Positions 1 through 9,740 are shown, counted from the stretch's first letter. The stretch: DNA of 14,509 bases from a virus (IMGVR_UViG_2534681702_000004:1-14509); one strand, 5' to 3'. Program-made: numbers and translations. The notes: generated from the sequence alone by a model not told the origin.

Positions 1-366
1 ATGATTGATGTCTTAGGGCCGGAGAAACGCAGACGGCGTACCACACAGGAAAAGATCGCAATTGTTCAGCAGAGCTTTGAACCGGGGATGACGGTCTCCC
101 TCGTTGCCCGGCAACATGGTGTAGCAGCCAGCCAGTTATTTCTCTGGTGTAAGCAATACCAGGAAGGAAGTCTTACTGCTGTCGCCGCCGGAGAACAGGT
201 TGTTCCTGCCTCTGAACTTGCTGCCGCCATGAAGCAGATTAAAGAACTCCAGCGCCTGCTCGGCAAGAAAACGATGGAAAATGAACTCCTCAAAGAAGCC
301 GTTGAATATGGACGGGCAAAAAAGTGGATAGCGCACGCGCCCTTATTGCCCGGGGATGGGGAGTAA
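1..366 (+). CDS. insC: IS2 transposase OrfA (InsC), HTH DNA-binding protein
   Basis: 121 aa [29 protein letters not shown]... matches IS2 InsC from recall. ATG at 1-3. Confidence 0.95.
318..324 (+). promoter_or_regulatory. A6G slippery heptamer for programmed -1 ribosomal frameshift, producing the InsCD fusion transposase
   Basis: AAAAAAG lies in the insC/insD overlap. insD is in the -1 frame relative to insC, the standard IS3-family arrangement. Confidence 0.8.
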
Positions 367-1229
367 GCTTAGTCAGCCGTTGTCTCCGGGTGTCGCGTGC
401 GCAGTTGCACGTCATTCTCAGACGAACCGATGACTGGATGGATGGCCGCCGCAGTCGTCACACTGATGATACGGATGTGCTTCTCCGTATACACCATGTT
501 ATCGGAGAGCTGCCCACGTATGGTTATCGTCGGGTATGGGCGCTGCTTCGCAGACAGGCAGAACTTGATGGTATGCCTGCGATCAATGCCAAACGTGTTT
601 ACCGGATCATGCGCCAGAATGCGCTGTTGCTTGAGCGAAAACCTGCTGTACCGCCATCGAAACGGGCACATACAGGCAGAGTGGCCGTGAAAGAAAGCAA
701 TCAGCGATGGTGCTCTGACGGGTTCGAGTTCTGCTGTGATAACGGAGAGAGACTGCGTGTCACGTTCGCGCTGGACTGCTGTGATCGTGAGGCACTGCAC
801 TGGGCGGTCACTACCGGCGGCTTCAACAGTGAAACAGTACAGGACGTCATGCTGGGAGCGGTGGAACGCCGCTTCGGCAACGATCTTCCGTCGTCTCCAG
901 TGGAGTGGCTGACGGATAATGGTTCATGCTACCGGGCTAATGAAACACGCCAGTTCGCCCGGATGTTGGGACTTGAACCGAAGAACACGGCGGTGCGGAG
1001 TCCGGAGAGTAATGGAATAGCAGAGAGCTTCGTGAAAACGATAAAGCGTGACTACATCAGTATCATGCCCAAACCAGACGGGTTAACGGCAGCAAAGAAC
1101 CTTGCAGAGGCGTTCGAGCATTATAACGAATGGCATCCGCATAGTGCGCTGGGTTATCGCTCGCCACGGGAATATCTGCGGCAGCGGGCTTGTAATGGGT
1201 TAAGTGATAACAGATGTCTGGAAATATAG
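324..1229 (+). CDS. insD: IS2 transposase OrfB (InsD), DDE catalytic domain
   Basis: 301 aa ORF matches IS2 InsD from recall. It overlaps insC in the -1 frame. Confidence 0.95.
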
Positions 1230-1577
1230 GGGCAAATCCAGCAGCAATAATAAGACGGCGTTTCAACAGCAAACCCTCAGGTGTTTCAAATAGCTGTTCT
1301 TTTTACGGAAATACTTATGAACTGGCTGGAATAAAGTGCAAGAAAATGTGACTACTATCTCATTTTTATCTGACATGATCTGTTGTCACTCGCTGCCAAA
1401 TTGTCGCGCTAAAGCTGATTAGCACGGTGATATTTGATACTCTGGCAGACAGCAGAAATAACGGATTTAACCTAATGATGAATGACGGTAAGCAACAATC
1501 TACCTTTTTGTTTCACGATTACGCGCAACACCACTGAGAACCGCCATGAACAAGGGCTTCATGATTTGTGATTTTAG

Positions 1578-1601
1578 TTTGGTACGCAATTTGGTACACA
1601 A
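1578..1601. repeat. Tandem direct repeat TTTGGTACGCAA / TTTGGTACACAA (2 x 12 bp, 11 of 12 identical)
   Basis: Read directly from the sequence in the non-coding stretch between IS2 and the tailspike gene. Confidence 0.6.
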
Positions 1602-1939
1602 CACAATTTTTACTTCAGCGGGTAGTCATCAAACTCACCATAACGAGCATCGTTAATGATGTATGTGATCACCACAAACATCACATCTGGACTAGTTCCG
1701 TTTTCATGCGCAGGTATTTGTTCACGCCTCCCTTTCTGCAACCCCTAAAGATGAGATTTTGGGGTTTTGGGATATCTTTTATCCGCAGTTCTCTATCCAT
1801 TATGCAAACCAGTAATGAACCATCACCGTGTGATAGTGAGGCATCTATCTGCCACGATAAGCGCAGAGAAATGATGCAATGGTGGGCGGACTGGATTGAT
1901 GAAAAGGTGGAGTGATCCGCCTTAACCACTATCGAAGAG

Positions 1940-1973
1940 CACAAAGCCTTGCAATCCAGTGCAAAGCTTTGTG
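1940..1973 (-). other. Strong stem-loop (14 bp stem, 6 nt loop) about 57 nt downstream of the tailspike stop; possible 3' stabiliser or terminator
   Basis: CACAAAGCCTTGCA ATCCAG TGCAAAGCTTTGTG; the single plus-strand mismatch becomes a G.U pair in the minus-strand RNA. No clean U-tract follows, so terminator function is uncertain. Confidence 0.4.
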
Positions 1974-2029
1974 TGATATTTGCTGGTTATCTGTTTTTTA
2001 TATAGAAATGATTATACCCATTGATATTA

Positions 2030-4531
2030 CTATCTTTGGTATAACGATTCTTCAAGCTTTCTAATTCTTTCGAAAAGACCTCTCATTATAAATCTATCAA
2101 GCTCCTGATCTCTAAACTGCCAAAGATCACCAGCCGCTCTAATCAACTTCATCTCTCCATTCTTAACTAAGTTTCCAAATTCATCAATTTCAGTAACATA
2201 TTCAAATTCATCATCCCAAGCATCATAACCAATAAATCCGTATTTTTTCCAATCAAGATTATTCTCCTCAAGTATTGCAATAACTTTCTGAACAGTCGTT
2301 CCAGCATGCAGTCTTTTAGATTCATCATCAATCCAAGACCAAAAACCTAGAACTTCTGCAATCTTCATTGCGGCATTTATTTCATCAGCGGTCATACCTC
2401 TAACTGCTGTCTTGAGTCTTGCATCAGAACTTGATTGCGTACCTCCGGCAAAATATCCAACATTATATCTGTTGCTCGCGCGCCCCAAATTTTGGGTTGC
2501 ATCACCAGATGGATGCTGAGTTCCATCGGCTTTAAAAACATAACGATCACTTAAATCTGCAGAAGGAGAGCTTTTTAACGAAATGGTAATATCACCAATT
2601 GATGAAGGTGAAATATCACAACCAGAAAGAGTTGTTGCATTCCTCAGCATGAGATTTCTCTGCGGATGTGCATTAACAGGAATCACCTCTCCTTCCGTAT
2701 CTATAATTACCCCGCCACCGTTATCTATATAGTTTGCAGCAACATTTCCTGACACATCTCCGCTACCAGTCATAACTATCATAGAATCTGTGCAGTTAAC
2801 ACCATACCTTCTGTTGTTTTTCGAACTTGCATTATTAGCTGCTACTGTTGCGTTGTAAACAGAATAGATACCATCTATTACATTATCGCTAGATGTTCCA
2901 CCAGTGAAAGCTATGTTTCCACCATATGACGCTGATACTCCATTTCTGGCATTTAGATATGATCTACCGTTTTCGAAATTAACTTTTGATAACGCCCTGG
3001 CCTCAATACCATTTGTTGAGTTACCACACGCAACACCATTTGGCGCGCTTAACTCACTGTTATTAAATGACCAGAACCCATTCAACCCATTTCCTGAGCA
3101 TACAGATCCGTTGGCCTGAATCGCACCACCGATATCAGATATAATCCCATCTTCACCATTACCAGAGCAAACCATGAATTTTCCTCTGATATGAGCTCCT
3201 TCCGCGTAAATACCGCGCTTTCTATTAGATGATGAAGCTATAAAATTACATACAACACCTGCTCGACCAGAAGCAACAAATCCCTGCTCCCCCCACCCTG
3301 ATATAACAATATCAGGACCAATTGCTAAATTACCAGACATGTCAAATACTTTATTTGATGGATCTGGTTCATCAATTGTTATATCAGGCGTGGCAATAGT
3401 GAACCCATGCGCTCCAATTGTGCCTATAGATTCTGCTACCGAGTAATCACCAACAATGGCTACACCATCAATTGTATTAATACAATCACCACCTGACACG
3501 GCAAAACCATCACAACCAGTATATTTGAGAACCGACTTAATTATAGATACCGATCCTCCAGTTAATGTCGATTCAGGGAAGTTATCAAGATGGCAAGTAT
3601 TATTTACTGTAACATTTGCTCCAGAAACTGACAGTACTTTCCATCCTCCACAGTGCATGTGATATGCACCGGTTCCTGAAACGTCATGTCTAATTATGAT
3701 ATAATCACCAACAGAAACATTTGAAGCATCAGAAAGCGATATCGTTACAGAATAATTTTTCTTCGAACCAGCAACTGATACAAGTGATGTTATTGATGTT
3801 TCATATTTGACACCCTTAATTGTCAAATTATGGGCGCCTATACAACTAACAATGGTCTTTTCTGTAAAATATGAATAGCCAGGGGGAATATTAACTGTAA
3901 GCCGCCCCCTTAACTCACATCTTGAAAACAACTTAAATAATCCAGAAACATCTTTTATTGACGGGTTTGCAACAAACTCACCAGGAGGAATAATTATAGT
4001 TCCTACGTTTGAACTTAAGGCATTTATAATTGCATTTGTTATGCTGCTGTCATTTACAATGTAATCAGCTATGCTGATTGACTCAATCATTTTATCATGA
4101 ACAGTTCTTCTGTCTGACGACATGCCTGGTTGCTTTACGTTAACAAGGTTATCTCCAAGTCCATCCAATGGGCTTAAAAGTTGTGCACGTAGTTGATCTG
4201 GATCATACTTCAGCACATTAGGAAAATAGAACTGCTGCGCACCATACGCATCATAAACAGCCATAGAATGGCCTTGCACGGTAACGAATTTGGCAATCTG
4301 TCCGTTATATACTGGATACCCTGCGGCATTGATGACGATTGGCTGTGCAACAGGAACGTGAGAGCCGTCTTCGTTCTCCACATAGACCTGAATCTGGTTT
4401 TCAGGATTTACCGGGTCAGTGTCAATTTTACCGATATAAATTTTGCCATTGGCTACGGCTTTAAAAGAACGCGCCATAGTGAAGAGTTGCGAAGGCATGC
4501 TTACTACAACATTGGCTGTAATGTCTGTCAT
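2030..4531 (-). CDS. Mosaic tailspike: P22 gp9-type N-terminal head-binding domain (about aa 1-111), divergent beta-helix receptor-binding/depolymerase body, and C-terminal intramolecular-chaperone-like domain (about 2033-2428)
   Basis: The N-terminus [11 protein letters not shown]...[22 protein letters not shown]...ENEDGSH...[12 protein letters not shown]...VLKYDPDQ matches the P22 tailspike head-binding domain from recall; similarity stops after YDPDQ. The middle is Gly/Asn/Ser-rich with repeats typical of a parallel beta-helix. The C-terminus has SSSDARLK, resembling the serine autocleavage motif of endosialidase/K5-lyase-type chaperone domains. GGAG RBS 8 nt upstream of the ATG. Confidence 0.85.
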   Translation of the reverse strand: MTDITANVVVSMPSQLFTMARSFKAVANGKIYIGKIDTDPVNPENQIQVYVENEDGSHVPVAQPIVINAAGYPVYNGQIAKFVTVQGHSMAVYDAYGAQQFYFPNVLKYDPDQLRAQLLSPLDGLGDNLVNVKQPGMSSDRRTVHDKMIESISIADYIVNDSSITNAIINALSSNVGTIIIPPGEFVANPSIKDVSGLFKLFSRCELRGRLTVNIPPGYSYFTEKTIVSCIGAHNLTIKGVKYETSITSLVSVAGSKKNYSVTISLSDASNVSVGDYIIIRHDVSGTGAYHMHCGGWKVLSVSGANVTVNNTCHLDNFPESTLTGGSVSIIKSVLKYTGCDGFAVSGGDCINTIDGVAIVGDYSVAESIGTIGAHGFTIATPDITIDEPDPSNKVFDMSGNLAIGPDIVISGWGEQGFVASGRAGVVCNFIASSSNRKRGIYAEGAHIRGKFMVCSGNGEDGIISDIGGAIQANGSVCSGNGLNGFWSFNNSELSAPNGVACGNSTNGIEARALSKVNFENGRSYLNARNGVSASYGGNIAFTGGTSSDNVIDGIYSVYNATVAANNASSKNNRRYGVNCTDSMIVMTGSGDVSGNVAANYIDNGGGVIIDTEGEVIPVNAHPQRNLMLRNATTLSGCDISPSSIGDITISLKSSPSADLSDRYVFKADGTQHPSGDATQNLGRASNRYNVGYFAGGTQSSSDARLKTAVRGMTADEINAAMKIAEVLGFWSWIDDESKRLHAGTTVQKVIAILEENNLDWKKYGFIGYDAWDDEFEYVTEIDEFGNLVKNGEMKLIRAAGDLWQFRDQELDRFIMRGLFERIRKLEESLYQR

Positions 4532-4589
4532 TTAATTTGCTCCAGATACAAGGAATCGCCGCAGCGTAGCTACGGTGAATTTTGGGCAT

Positions 4590-4612
4590 AAAAAAACCCA
4601 GCCGAAGCTGGG
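4590..4612 (-). terminator. Rho-independent terminator downstream of ant
   Basis: Minus-strand transcript reads CCCAGC-TTCG-GCTGGG followed by seven T; it sits between the ant stop and the tailspike start. Confidence 0.8.
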
Positions 4613-4631
4613 TCGTTGCGTTGGTTATCTG

Positions 4632-5534
4632 TCAGTAGTTATGTACTGAAGGAGGCAATTCTTTATTCTTAAGTCTCATCCATGCGGAAAGATTCGTTGG
4701 TCCGTCTGGCTCATTAATATCAACATCTCGTGTGTGGTTTATTAAAACGTCTCTCGCCATTCCGATAACATACGAGAATTCATGACCGTAGTCGTAGCAT
4801 CTGCCGGAATAGTTCGATTGAATTTGTTTTAGCGCCAGATACAGTTCGCGGAATAATGCCTGTGAGCGGTTGGCATAATCCCATAACCATACAAGGCTGT
4901 TTGCTTCTTTTGCAGAAAGCTCGTTGGTTTTCTTCTCTTGTTTGCCGATAAATTCACCTTCAAGCACTACCCTGTGGATGTACTCTACGGCTTGCGGTAT
5001 CTGAGATGCATCAAGCTCTTCAATACTTTCCACATTGAAACGCTGATGAATCATTGCATAAGCTTCTGGGTACATTAGATGCTTTTTGCTGACTAGCATA
5101 TTTACAGCATCACGAAGCGGAGTCCTGTCATCAACAGATGTTTTCTTACGTGCATTTTCTGCCTTTCCCTTTGTCCAGTAGTCATGCAGTACAGTAAAGC
5201 ATTCTTCCTGGTACTGAATCAGTTTATCACGGATGTCAGCACGAACTTTCTCAGGGTTGATGCTGAACAGCCATCCATTTAACTTCTTCAAAGGAAGGCA
5301 GAGTAGCTTACGAAGCTTCCCATCAGCGGCAACCATGTTCATATGAACACAGTTGAATTTGCTAATCTGCTTCATGAGTTTTGTTTGCTGCGTTGACCAG
5401 CTCATTCCAAGGTTTTCAACGATTGGCTTCATCGCAACATATGCAACTCCGGCAGCCATGGCGGTGATAATTTGCTGACCGTTGAATGGTACATAAGAGG
5501 TGTTCACTGCTTCTAAAATTGCTATACTATTCAT
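4632..5534 (-). CDS. ant: Antirepressor Ant (P22 immI), 300 aa
   Basis: [43 protein letters not shown]... matches P22 Ant from recall. ATG at 5534 has a GGAGAAAA RBS. The longer ORF in the track starts at a TTG at 5600 and is rejected. Confidence 0.85.
   Translation of the reverse strand: MNSIAILEAVNTSYVPFNGQQIITAMAAGVAYVAMKPIVENLGMSWSTQQTKLMKQISKFNCVHMNMVAADGKLRKLLCLPLKKLNGWLFSINPEKVRADIRDKLIQYQEECFTVLHDYWTKGKAENARKKTSVDDRTPLRDAVNMLVSKKHLMYPEAYAMIHQRFNVESIEELDASQIPQAVEYIHRVVLEGEFIGKQEKKTNELSAKEANSLVWLWDYANRSQALFRELYLALKQIQSNYSGRCYDYGHEFSYVIGMARDVLINHTRDVDINEPDGPTNLSAWMRLKNKELPPSVHNY
5501..5528 (+). promoter_or_regulatory. Candidate Psar promoter with extended -10 (TGcTATACT at 5520-5528) inside the 5' end of ant, reading antisense
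   Basis: The -10 hexamer TATACT has an upstream TG. The weak -35-like TGTTCA sits at the right spacing. This places the start about 5536, just past the ant start codon. Confidence 0.5.
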
Positions 5535-5535
5535 G

Positions 5536-5604
5536 TTGGTTTTTCTCCACGGATTTACTGACAACCGAAGCCCTGACTGTTCCCGCAGTTGGGGCTTCAA
5601 CTTT
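5536..5604 (+). ncRNA. sar: sar-like antisense RNA (about 69 nt) covering the arc-ant intercistronic region and ant RBS
   Basis: P22 encodes a 68-69 nt antisense RNA in the arc-ant spacer. Here the spacer is 68 bp. A hairpin at 5567-5598 is followed by CUUU. Exact ends are inferred. Confidence 0.55.
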
Positions 5605-5764
5605 ACGCGCCAATGCGCCCTTCCTTCTTAAAGCTTTCCATTACTCTCTGATAAATCTCAGAGTTAACAGACCGACCATTCTCTTCCGCCACCTTGCGGA
5701 CCAAATCCAATACTTCTTTAGGCCACCGCAAATTGAACTGCGGCATCTTGCTCATTCCTTTCAT
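5603..5764 (-). CDS. arc: Arc repressor (ribbon-helix-helix), 53 aa
   Basis: [53 protein letters not shown] matches P22 Arc from recall with one substitution (R16K). The track ORF extends upstream into the operator and is trimmed to the ATG at 5764. Confidence 0.92.
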   Translation of the reverse strand: MKGMSKMPQFNLRWPKEVLDLVRKVAEENGRSVNSEIYQRVMESFKKEGRIGA

Positions 5765-5780
5765 ATTCACCTCACAATAT

Positions 5781-5797
5781 AGGTCCACCGTGGACCT
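5781..5797. promoter_or_regulatory. Mnt operator (O_mnt), 17 bp palindrome
   Basis: AGGTCCACCGTGGACCT; its reverse complement AGGTCCACGGTGGACCT is the canonical P22 Mnt operator as recalled. Confidence 0.85.
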
Positions 5798-5806
5798 ATT
5801 GAGAAT

Positions 5807-5827
5807 ATAGTAGAGTGCTTCTATCAT
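5807..5827. promoter_or_regulatory. Arc operator (O_arc), 21 bp, overlapping Pant
   Basis: The reverse complement of 5807-5827 is ATGATAGAAGCACTCTACTAT, the canonical P22 Arc operator as recalled. Confidence 0.85.
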
Positions 5828-5854
5828 GTCAATACACTAACTTGGAGTGATGGC

Positions 5855-6106
5855 ATGGCTAGAGATGATCCGCACTTTAACTTCCGTATGCCTATGGAAG
5901 TAAGGGAGAAATTAAAATTCAGGGCGGAGGCGAATGGGAGATCAATGAACTCCGAGTTGTTACAAATCGTCCAAGATGCTCTATCAAAACCATCGCCTGT
6001 GACTGGATATCGCGACGATGCAGAACGACTCGCTGATGAGCAGTCAGAGCTTGTTAAGAAGATGGTATTTGATACGCTGAAGGATTTGTACAAAAAACCC
6101 ACCTGA
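5855..6106 (+). CDS. mnt: Mnt repressor (maintenance of lysogeny; represses Pant), 83 aa
   Basis: MARDDPHFNFRMPMEVREKLKFRAEANGRSMNSELLQIVQDALSKPSPVTGYRDDAERLADEQSELVKKMVFDTLKDLYKKPT matches P22 Mnt from recall. GGAG RBS 7 nt upstream. Confidence 0.92.
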   Translation: MARDDPHFNFRMPMEVREKLKFRAEANGRSMNSELLQIVQDALSKPSPVTGYRDDAERLADEQSELVKKMVFDTLKDLYKKPT

Positions 6107-6124
6107 AGGTGGGTCCTATTTATT
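6092..6124. terminator. Bidirectional rho-independent terminator between convergent mnt and the lipoprotein gene
   Basis: A6 - CCCACC TGAA GGTGGG - TCCTATTTATT. The mnt stop codon TGA lies in the loop. The minus strand has a U6 tract directly after the stem. Confidence 0.75.
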
Positions 6125-6542
6125 AGTCTTGCTTTGTTGATGGTATAAGAGATGCGTTTGCCTCTTTTGGCTTCAAGGTATACATCCCACCATTAAAAGG
6201 ATCTACAGCAAGCCAACCAATTAACCCACCAAACACAAGGTTTCCACCAATATACCAGCCATTAGCATTGGCTTTGATTGGCAGGGTAACTGGTTCGTAC
6301 CCATCCTTTTCCATAGTGATCTGGTAGCTCTTTTTGCCAAAATAACTACCATCTGACTTGGCAAGAGTTACTCCTTGCGGGGTCTTACCTTGCGCAACAA
6401 TCACGCCTGATTCGTCTTTTACCTTAAAGCTCGCACCGGAAGGATTGCTGTTCACTTGCACAAGCTGCGTTTCGTCACCAACAATAGTTGCGCACCCAGA
6501 TAACAATATAGCGCCAGCAACGACGCCAATAATCCTCTTCAT
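6123..6542 (-). CDS. Hypothetical prophage lipoprotein (lipobox LSGC), cargo gene in the sieA position
   Basis: MKRIIGVVAGAILLSGC is a typical signal peptidase II signal. The ORF is followed by a terminator. An alternative start (MEIDMKR...) lies 12 nt upstream at 6554. Function is unknown. Confidence 0.7.
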   Translation of the reverse strand: MKRIIGVVAGAILLSGCATIVGDETQLVQVNSNPSGASFKVKDESGVIVAQGKTPQGVTLAKSDGSYFGKKSYQITMEKDGYEPVTLPIKANANGWYIGGNLVFGGLIGWLAVDPFNGGMYTLKPKEANASLIPSTKQD

Positions 6543-6659
6543 ATCAATTTCCATATTTAAAAAACCGGAAACATCCTAATGACAAACCATTCAAATGTGA
6601 AGTAGGCAAAAGATGTTTACTTTTTTCATGGTATCCTGCTCAAAACTAAGGAGGTTGGC

Positions 6660-7049
6660 GTGAAGCAATTTCTTACTGCTATGTTCTTATTCATATCTTT
6701 TGGGGCTACAGCAGAGTGCTGGGTCGTTGGAGATATGCGCGGAATAAGCTATTCAGAACGAAATAATTTCCATCCGGAAGAAGATGGTTTTAGTGGAACA
6801 TTCATCATTAAGACAAACGGTGAAGATGCCAGCATCACATATTCTGGGACAGATGCGGGCGGCATGGCTTACAAAGCATTGTCTAAAAACTCCATCATAG
6901 GAATCGGCGCGAATGGCGAAACTCAACGCGTTATCGACTCATGGGTAATACATCCTACTGGAACAGTTTTAATGTCAAAAACCATTTCCGGTTATGGAAA
7001 TATGGATTCAACCAAAGCTTTTGTTGGAAAAGTAAAAAGAAAATGTTAG
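6660..7049 (+). CDS. Hypothetical secreted protein (Sec signal peptide with ATA/E cleavage site), cargo gene
   Basis: GTG start with a strong TAAGGAGG RBS at 6647-6654. The N-terminus MKQFLTAMFLFISFGATA is hydrophobic. The mature protein has an N-proximal Cys and a C-terminal Cys. Confidence 0.62.
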   Translation: MKQFLTAMFLFISFGATAECWVVGDMRGISYSERNNFHPEEDGFSGTFIIKTNGEDASITYSGTDAGGMAYKALSKNSIIGIGANGETQRVIDSWVIHPTGTVLMSKTISGYGNMDSTKAFVGKVKRKC

Positions 7050-7073
7050 CGATTGAATCCAATTTCCCATACG

Positions 7074-8912
7074 TTACTGCTGTGTTGCCTCAGTAGCAAA
7101 CAGCGGTCTGATGGCATTCGCAGCGTTATTTATCGCTCTTTCATAGGCTGGTGTTCCTGCTTTGGTGTTTGCCAAACGAAGAAGCATATTCCTTGCTGCT
7201 TTGGACTCATACAAGCGCATCATTGCACCAAAACCAGCCTCAAGCCCCATTGATACGCCAAGGGTCGCAGTTGCGCCAATCGTCCTTATCCTGTTGGCTT
7301 GCGATTGCCCCGTCTGAGTTACTACATTTGCGGTGTCTGACCTTGCTGTTTGCTGTAGAACTTCATGAAGAGCATCAAGCTCTTTCATGTGCTTTCCAGA
7401 AAAAATAGTGTTGTAAATTTCACCGCCTGACTGAGATTTCAGCTTATTAACTTCAGTGATGAACTTGGCTGGAGAGTCCCCGGTCTTTTCCGCTATTTTG
7501 CTGACGTAAGCTGCACGCATAGCATCTTTCCCCTTATCATCCAGTGCGCTCCAGATTCGTTTCACGTCAGATGGTTTTCTGCTTAATACAACGGTATTTA
7601 TAAGTTCAGGACTGGCTTCACTGCTTGCCTTGTTGAGCTTGTTGGCAATGTTTTTATTAAGCACCTTATTATAAACGTTTGCATAATCGGAATTTGCTTT
7701 AAGGTATTTTGCTGCGTCTGATGCACCGAGGTTTTTAGCAACTGCGTTACGAAGGTCTTTTGACATTGCATTCTCTACCATATTGGTAGCTGCTTTTGCC
7801 TGGTTGGGGAAGACCATAGCATCTCCCTGAACATTAGATCTAAATGCTGTTCTGTGCTGACGCAAGAGATCAAACGTAACATCCAAATCAGTTGCAGGGT
7901 TTGCTAATTCTTCACGTAGGTTACGCAAGGATGTAAGCAGGCTTTGATTGGCAGACGTCCCAAGCCGTTCCTGTCTTGCGATCGCTGTATTCAGAGCATT
8001 CATGGTATTTGTGGTATCAACTGCGGCATTACCCATTTTATTGGTGACGTCATTGATAACAGCGCCAGCGGCATCCTTCCGCCCCCTTAACGTGGTGGTC
8101 AGAGATTTCACCACATCATCAGGGTTGTACTCACCAAAACGGTCAAAATAATTGCTTACCAGCTTACTCCGCGTTGCATATTGCTCTGCTCGCTTTGAGC
8201 CCGTCCCGAGCAAAGCCCCCTCGGCATCCTGAGTAAGGCCGCGAGTGAAAGCATTTTTCGGCGGGATAACATCAGATGTCATTGGTGTCACGCCCATCGA
8301 TTCTGATGTGGCAATTTTCTTCGCCACTTCTGGCGCAATATCACCTTTTATAGCCGTTATTCCACGCCCTATTCCCTTTGCTGCTGCGGAAAGAACACCC
8401 TGAGCGGCAAGGTTAACTCCGGCATTTTTAGCTGCATTTTGTGCGAAATCGCCTTTCTGATTTGCGGCCTCTGCCAGCGATCCAATAGCCATGCTTCCTG
8501 CCGTTCCAACTCCTGGAACTAAATACCCACCAATTGTTTCACCGGCTTGTGCGTATGGGTCTGTCGGTTTGTCTACTGGACGATAAACATCATCCAAAAC
8601 TTTTGGCCCACCAAGCCCCTGACTGATTGCATTAATCAGACTTGCGCCACCCTGCAATACGTCAAATGGTATGTTTACCAGACCACGACCAGCCTGTTCT
8701 GCAATTTGCCCTGCACTTTGACCACCAGTGAGCCAATCGCCAGCTTGTTGCATCAATGATGGTTCTTCACGTACTGGTGCATTATTGGCCTGATTAACTG
8801 TTTGTTGCTGAACAACCTGACCAGCAAAATAATCATCAATGGCGGCTCCAATATCTTCCGTGCTCGTACCATCAGGGAAGGTAAATGTCTTACCGTTTGC
8901 AGTTACTTTCAT
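7074..8912 (-). CDS. DNA-transfer (ejection) protein, P22 gp16-like
   Basis: About 612 aa, starting [32 protein letters not shown], which resembles P22 gp16 from recall. Ala/Gly/Gln-rich composition. The start overlaps the upstream gene stop (TGATG). An alternative ATG lies at 8915. Position matches gene 16 in the P22 order 20-16-sieA-mnt-arc-ant-9. Confidence 0.72.
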   Translation of the reverse strand: MKVTANGKTFTFPDGTSTEDIGAAIDDYFAGQVVQQQTVNQANNAPVREEPSLMQQAGDWLTGGQSAGQIAEQAGRGLVNIPFDVLQGGASLINAISQGLGGPKVLDDVYRPVDKPTDPYAQAGETIGGYLVPGVGTAGSMAIGSLAEAANQKGDFAQNAAKNAGVNLAAQGVLSAAAKGIGRGITAIKGDIAPEVAKKIATSESMGVTPMTSDVIPPKNAFTRGLTQDAEGALLGTGSKRAEQYATRSKLVSNYFDRFGEYNPDDVVKSLTTTLRGRKDAAGAVINDVTNKMGNAAVDTTNTMNALNTAIARQERLGTSANQSLLTSLRNLREELANPATDLDVTFDLLRQHRTAFRSNVQGDAMVFPNQAKAATNMVENAMSKDLRNAVAKNLGASDAAKYLKANSDYANVYNKVLNKNIANKLNKASSEASPELINTVVLSRKPSDVKRIWSALDDKGKDAMRAAYVSKIAEKTGDSPAKFITEVNKLKSQSGGEIYNTIFSGKHMKELDALHEVLQQTARSDTANVVTQTGQSQANRIRTIGATATLGVSMGLEAGFGAMMRLYESKAARNMLLRLANTKAGTPAYERAINNAANAIRPLFATEATQQ

Positions 8913-9740
8913 CATTCCACCGTAAATTGAATGCCTGATTTTGAGGTATATGATCCAACCTGATTCCGTGGTTCTCCTGAAGGTGTCGAATCTTGTGCTG
9001 GCGCTGCGTCAGTATTCAATGACATATACCGCTTAACGGCACTCCCCAATGATTCACCTTTTTTAACATCCAACCCCAATATCTGACCGCCATTACGCGA
9101 TTGTCCAGGATTGCCATTCGCGCTCATCCACTCAGCTTTAAACTCATTAAACTGCGCGTTTCGTCGCTCAAGGTTTGCCATTGCATCAAGCCATCTTGCG
9201 ACCGTCTCAGGGTTATCCATGTCAGTTGGCGCACCCTGCCGAACGATCTCAACGTCTTTATCCGTTGCTGGGCCGGGAGGTAGGAATTTAAGAACCTGAC
9301 TGTTAACAAGGGCATTTTGGCGGATGCGCAAATCACGCAATGTCGTATCGCTTCCGGTAAGTTTTGCGAACATGTTCTGTGCGTTACCGAACAAACCTGT
9401 CGTTGGTTTTTCTGCTCTGAACTGTTGAGCAAGCGCACTCATAGAATTGGCTGAGTTTGATGATGCTGTGGCATTGTTTACAGCCGTCTCGATGCCTTTT
9501 TCCATGTTTACTGACAGCTTAGGTGCTTCACTAATCAACTGCTGAGCCTTTTCCTGCGCTTGCTGCATCTTAAACCCGAACTCTTGCTGATCCAGAGCCA
9601 AGCGTTGTGCTGCGATATTGTGCCCAGTCATTGCTGACTGATAGGAAAGGTTTTGCCCTCTCGCCTGAAGTGCTTCACCAGCCTGATTGCTGCGGATTGT
9701 CTCTGCCAGCCTGCCTCGGTCAATTTCACGACCAGCCATC
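8912..9740 (-). pseudogene. Ejection protein (gp20-like), 3' portion, separated from its 5' portion by IS629
   Basis: The ORF continues in frame with the 11051-11283 fragment once the IS and one ATC copy are removed (352 aa total). The stop overlaps the gp16-like start. Confidence 0.6.
9738..9740. repeat. Target-site duplication ATC (left copy) of the IS629 insertion
   Basis: ATC immediately flanks both IS termini (9738-9740 and 11051-11053). Confidence 0.75.

Larger units (their letters stand above)
1..1240 (+). mobile_element. IS2 (IS3 family), partial copy; left terminal repeat lies outside the window, right end at ...TAGGGGCAAATCCA (1240)
   Basis: The two ORFs match IS2 InsC and InsD essentially residue for residue from recall. 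The right terminus matches the recalled IS2 end sequence. Confidence 0.93.
5765..5854. promoter_or_regulatory. Divergent Pant / Pmnt promoter region of immI
   Basis: A 90 bp spacer between divergent arc and mnt starts contains both operators. Exact -35/-10 hexamers were not assigned. Confidence 0.75.

Noticed and set aside
721-731. tRNA T-arm-like motif GGTTCGAGTTC
   Set aside because: It lies inside insD coding sequence with no acceptor or anticodon stem context. No tRNA gene was found anywhere in the window by eye.
66-1272. Minus-strand and internal ORFs within IS2 (66-293, 136-336, 369-800, 397-690, 1063-1272)
   Set aside because: Overlap or antisense to insC/insD. The 1063-1272 ORF runs from flanking DNA into the IS end and is an artefact.
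1568-1915. 115 aa plus-strand ORF in the spacer between IS2 and the tailspike
   Set aside because: No Shine-Dalgarno before the start, an odd Trp/Cys/His-rich composition, and it overlaps an equally implausible minus-strand ORF (1681-1944). Most likely a chance ORF in AT-rich non-coding DNA.
2904-4591. Plus-strand ORFs (2904-3119, 3456-3662, 4193-4591) inside the tailspike gene
   Set aside because: They are antisense to a well-supported long CDS and have no independent support.
4632-5600. Extended 322 aa version of ant
   Set aside because: Its start is a TTG at 5600 running through the arc-ant spacer. The recalled Ant begins MNSIAIL at the ATG at 5534, which has a good RBS.
5603-5827. Extended 74 aa version of arc starting at the ATG at 5827
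   Set aside because: That ATG lies inside the Arc operator. The recalled Arc protein is 53 aa beginning MKGMSK, which corresponds to the ATG at 5764.
7053-8759. Plus-strand ORFs antisense to the gp16-like gene (7053-7253, 7151-7408, 7948-8151, 8547-8759)
   Set aside because: Embedded antisense ORFs within a long, confidently coding gene; no RBS or homology support.
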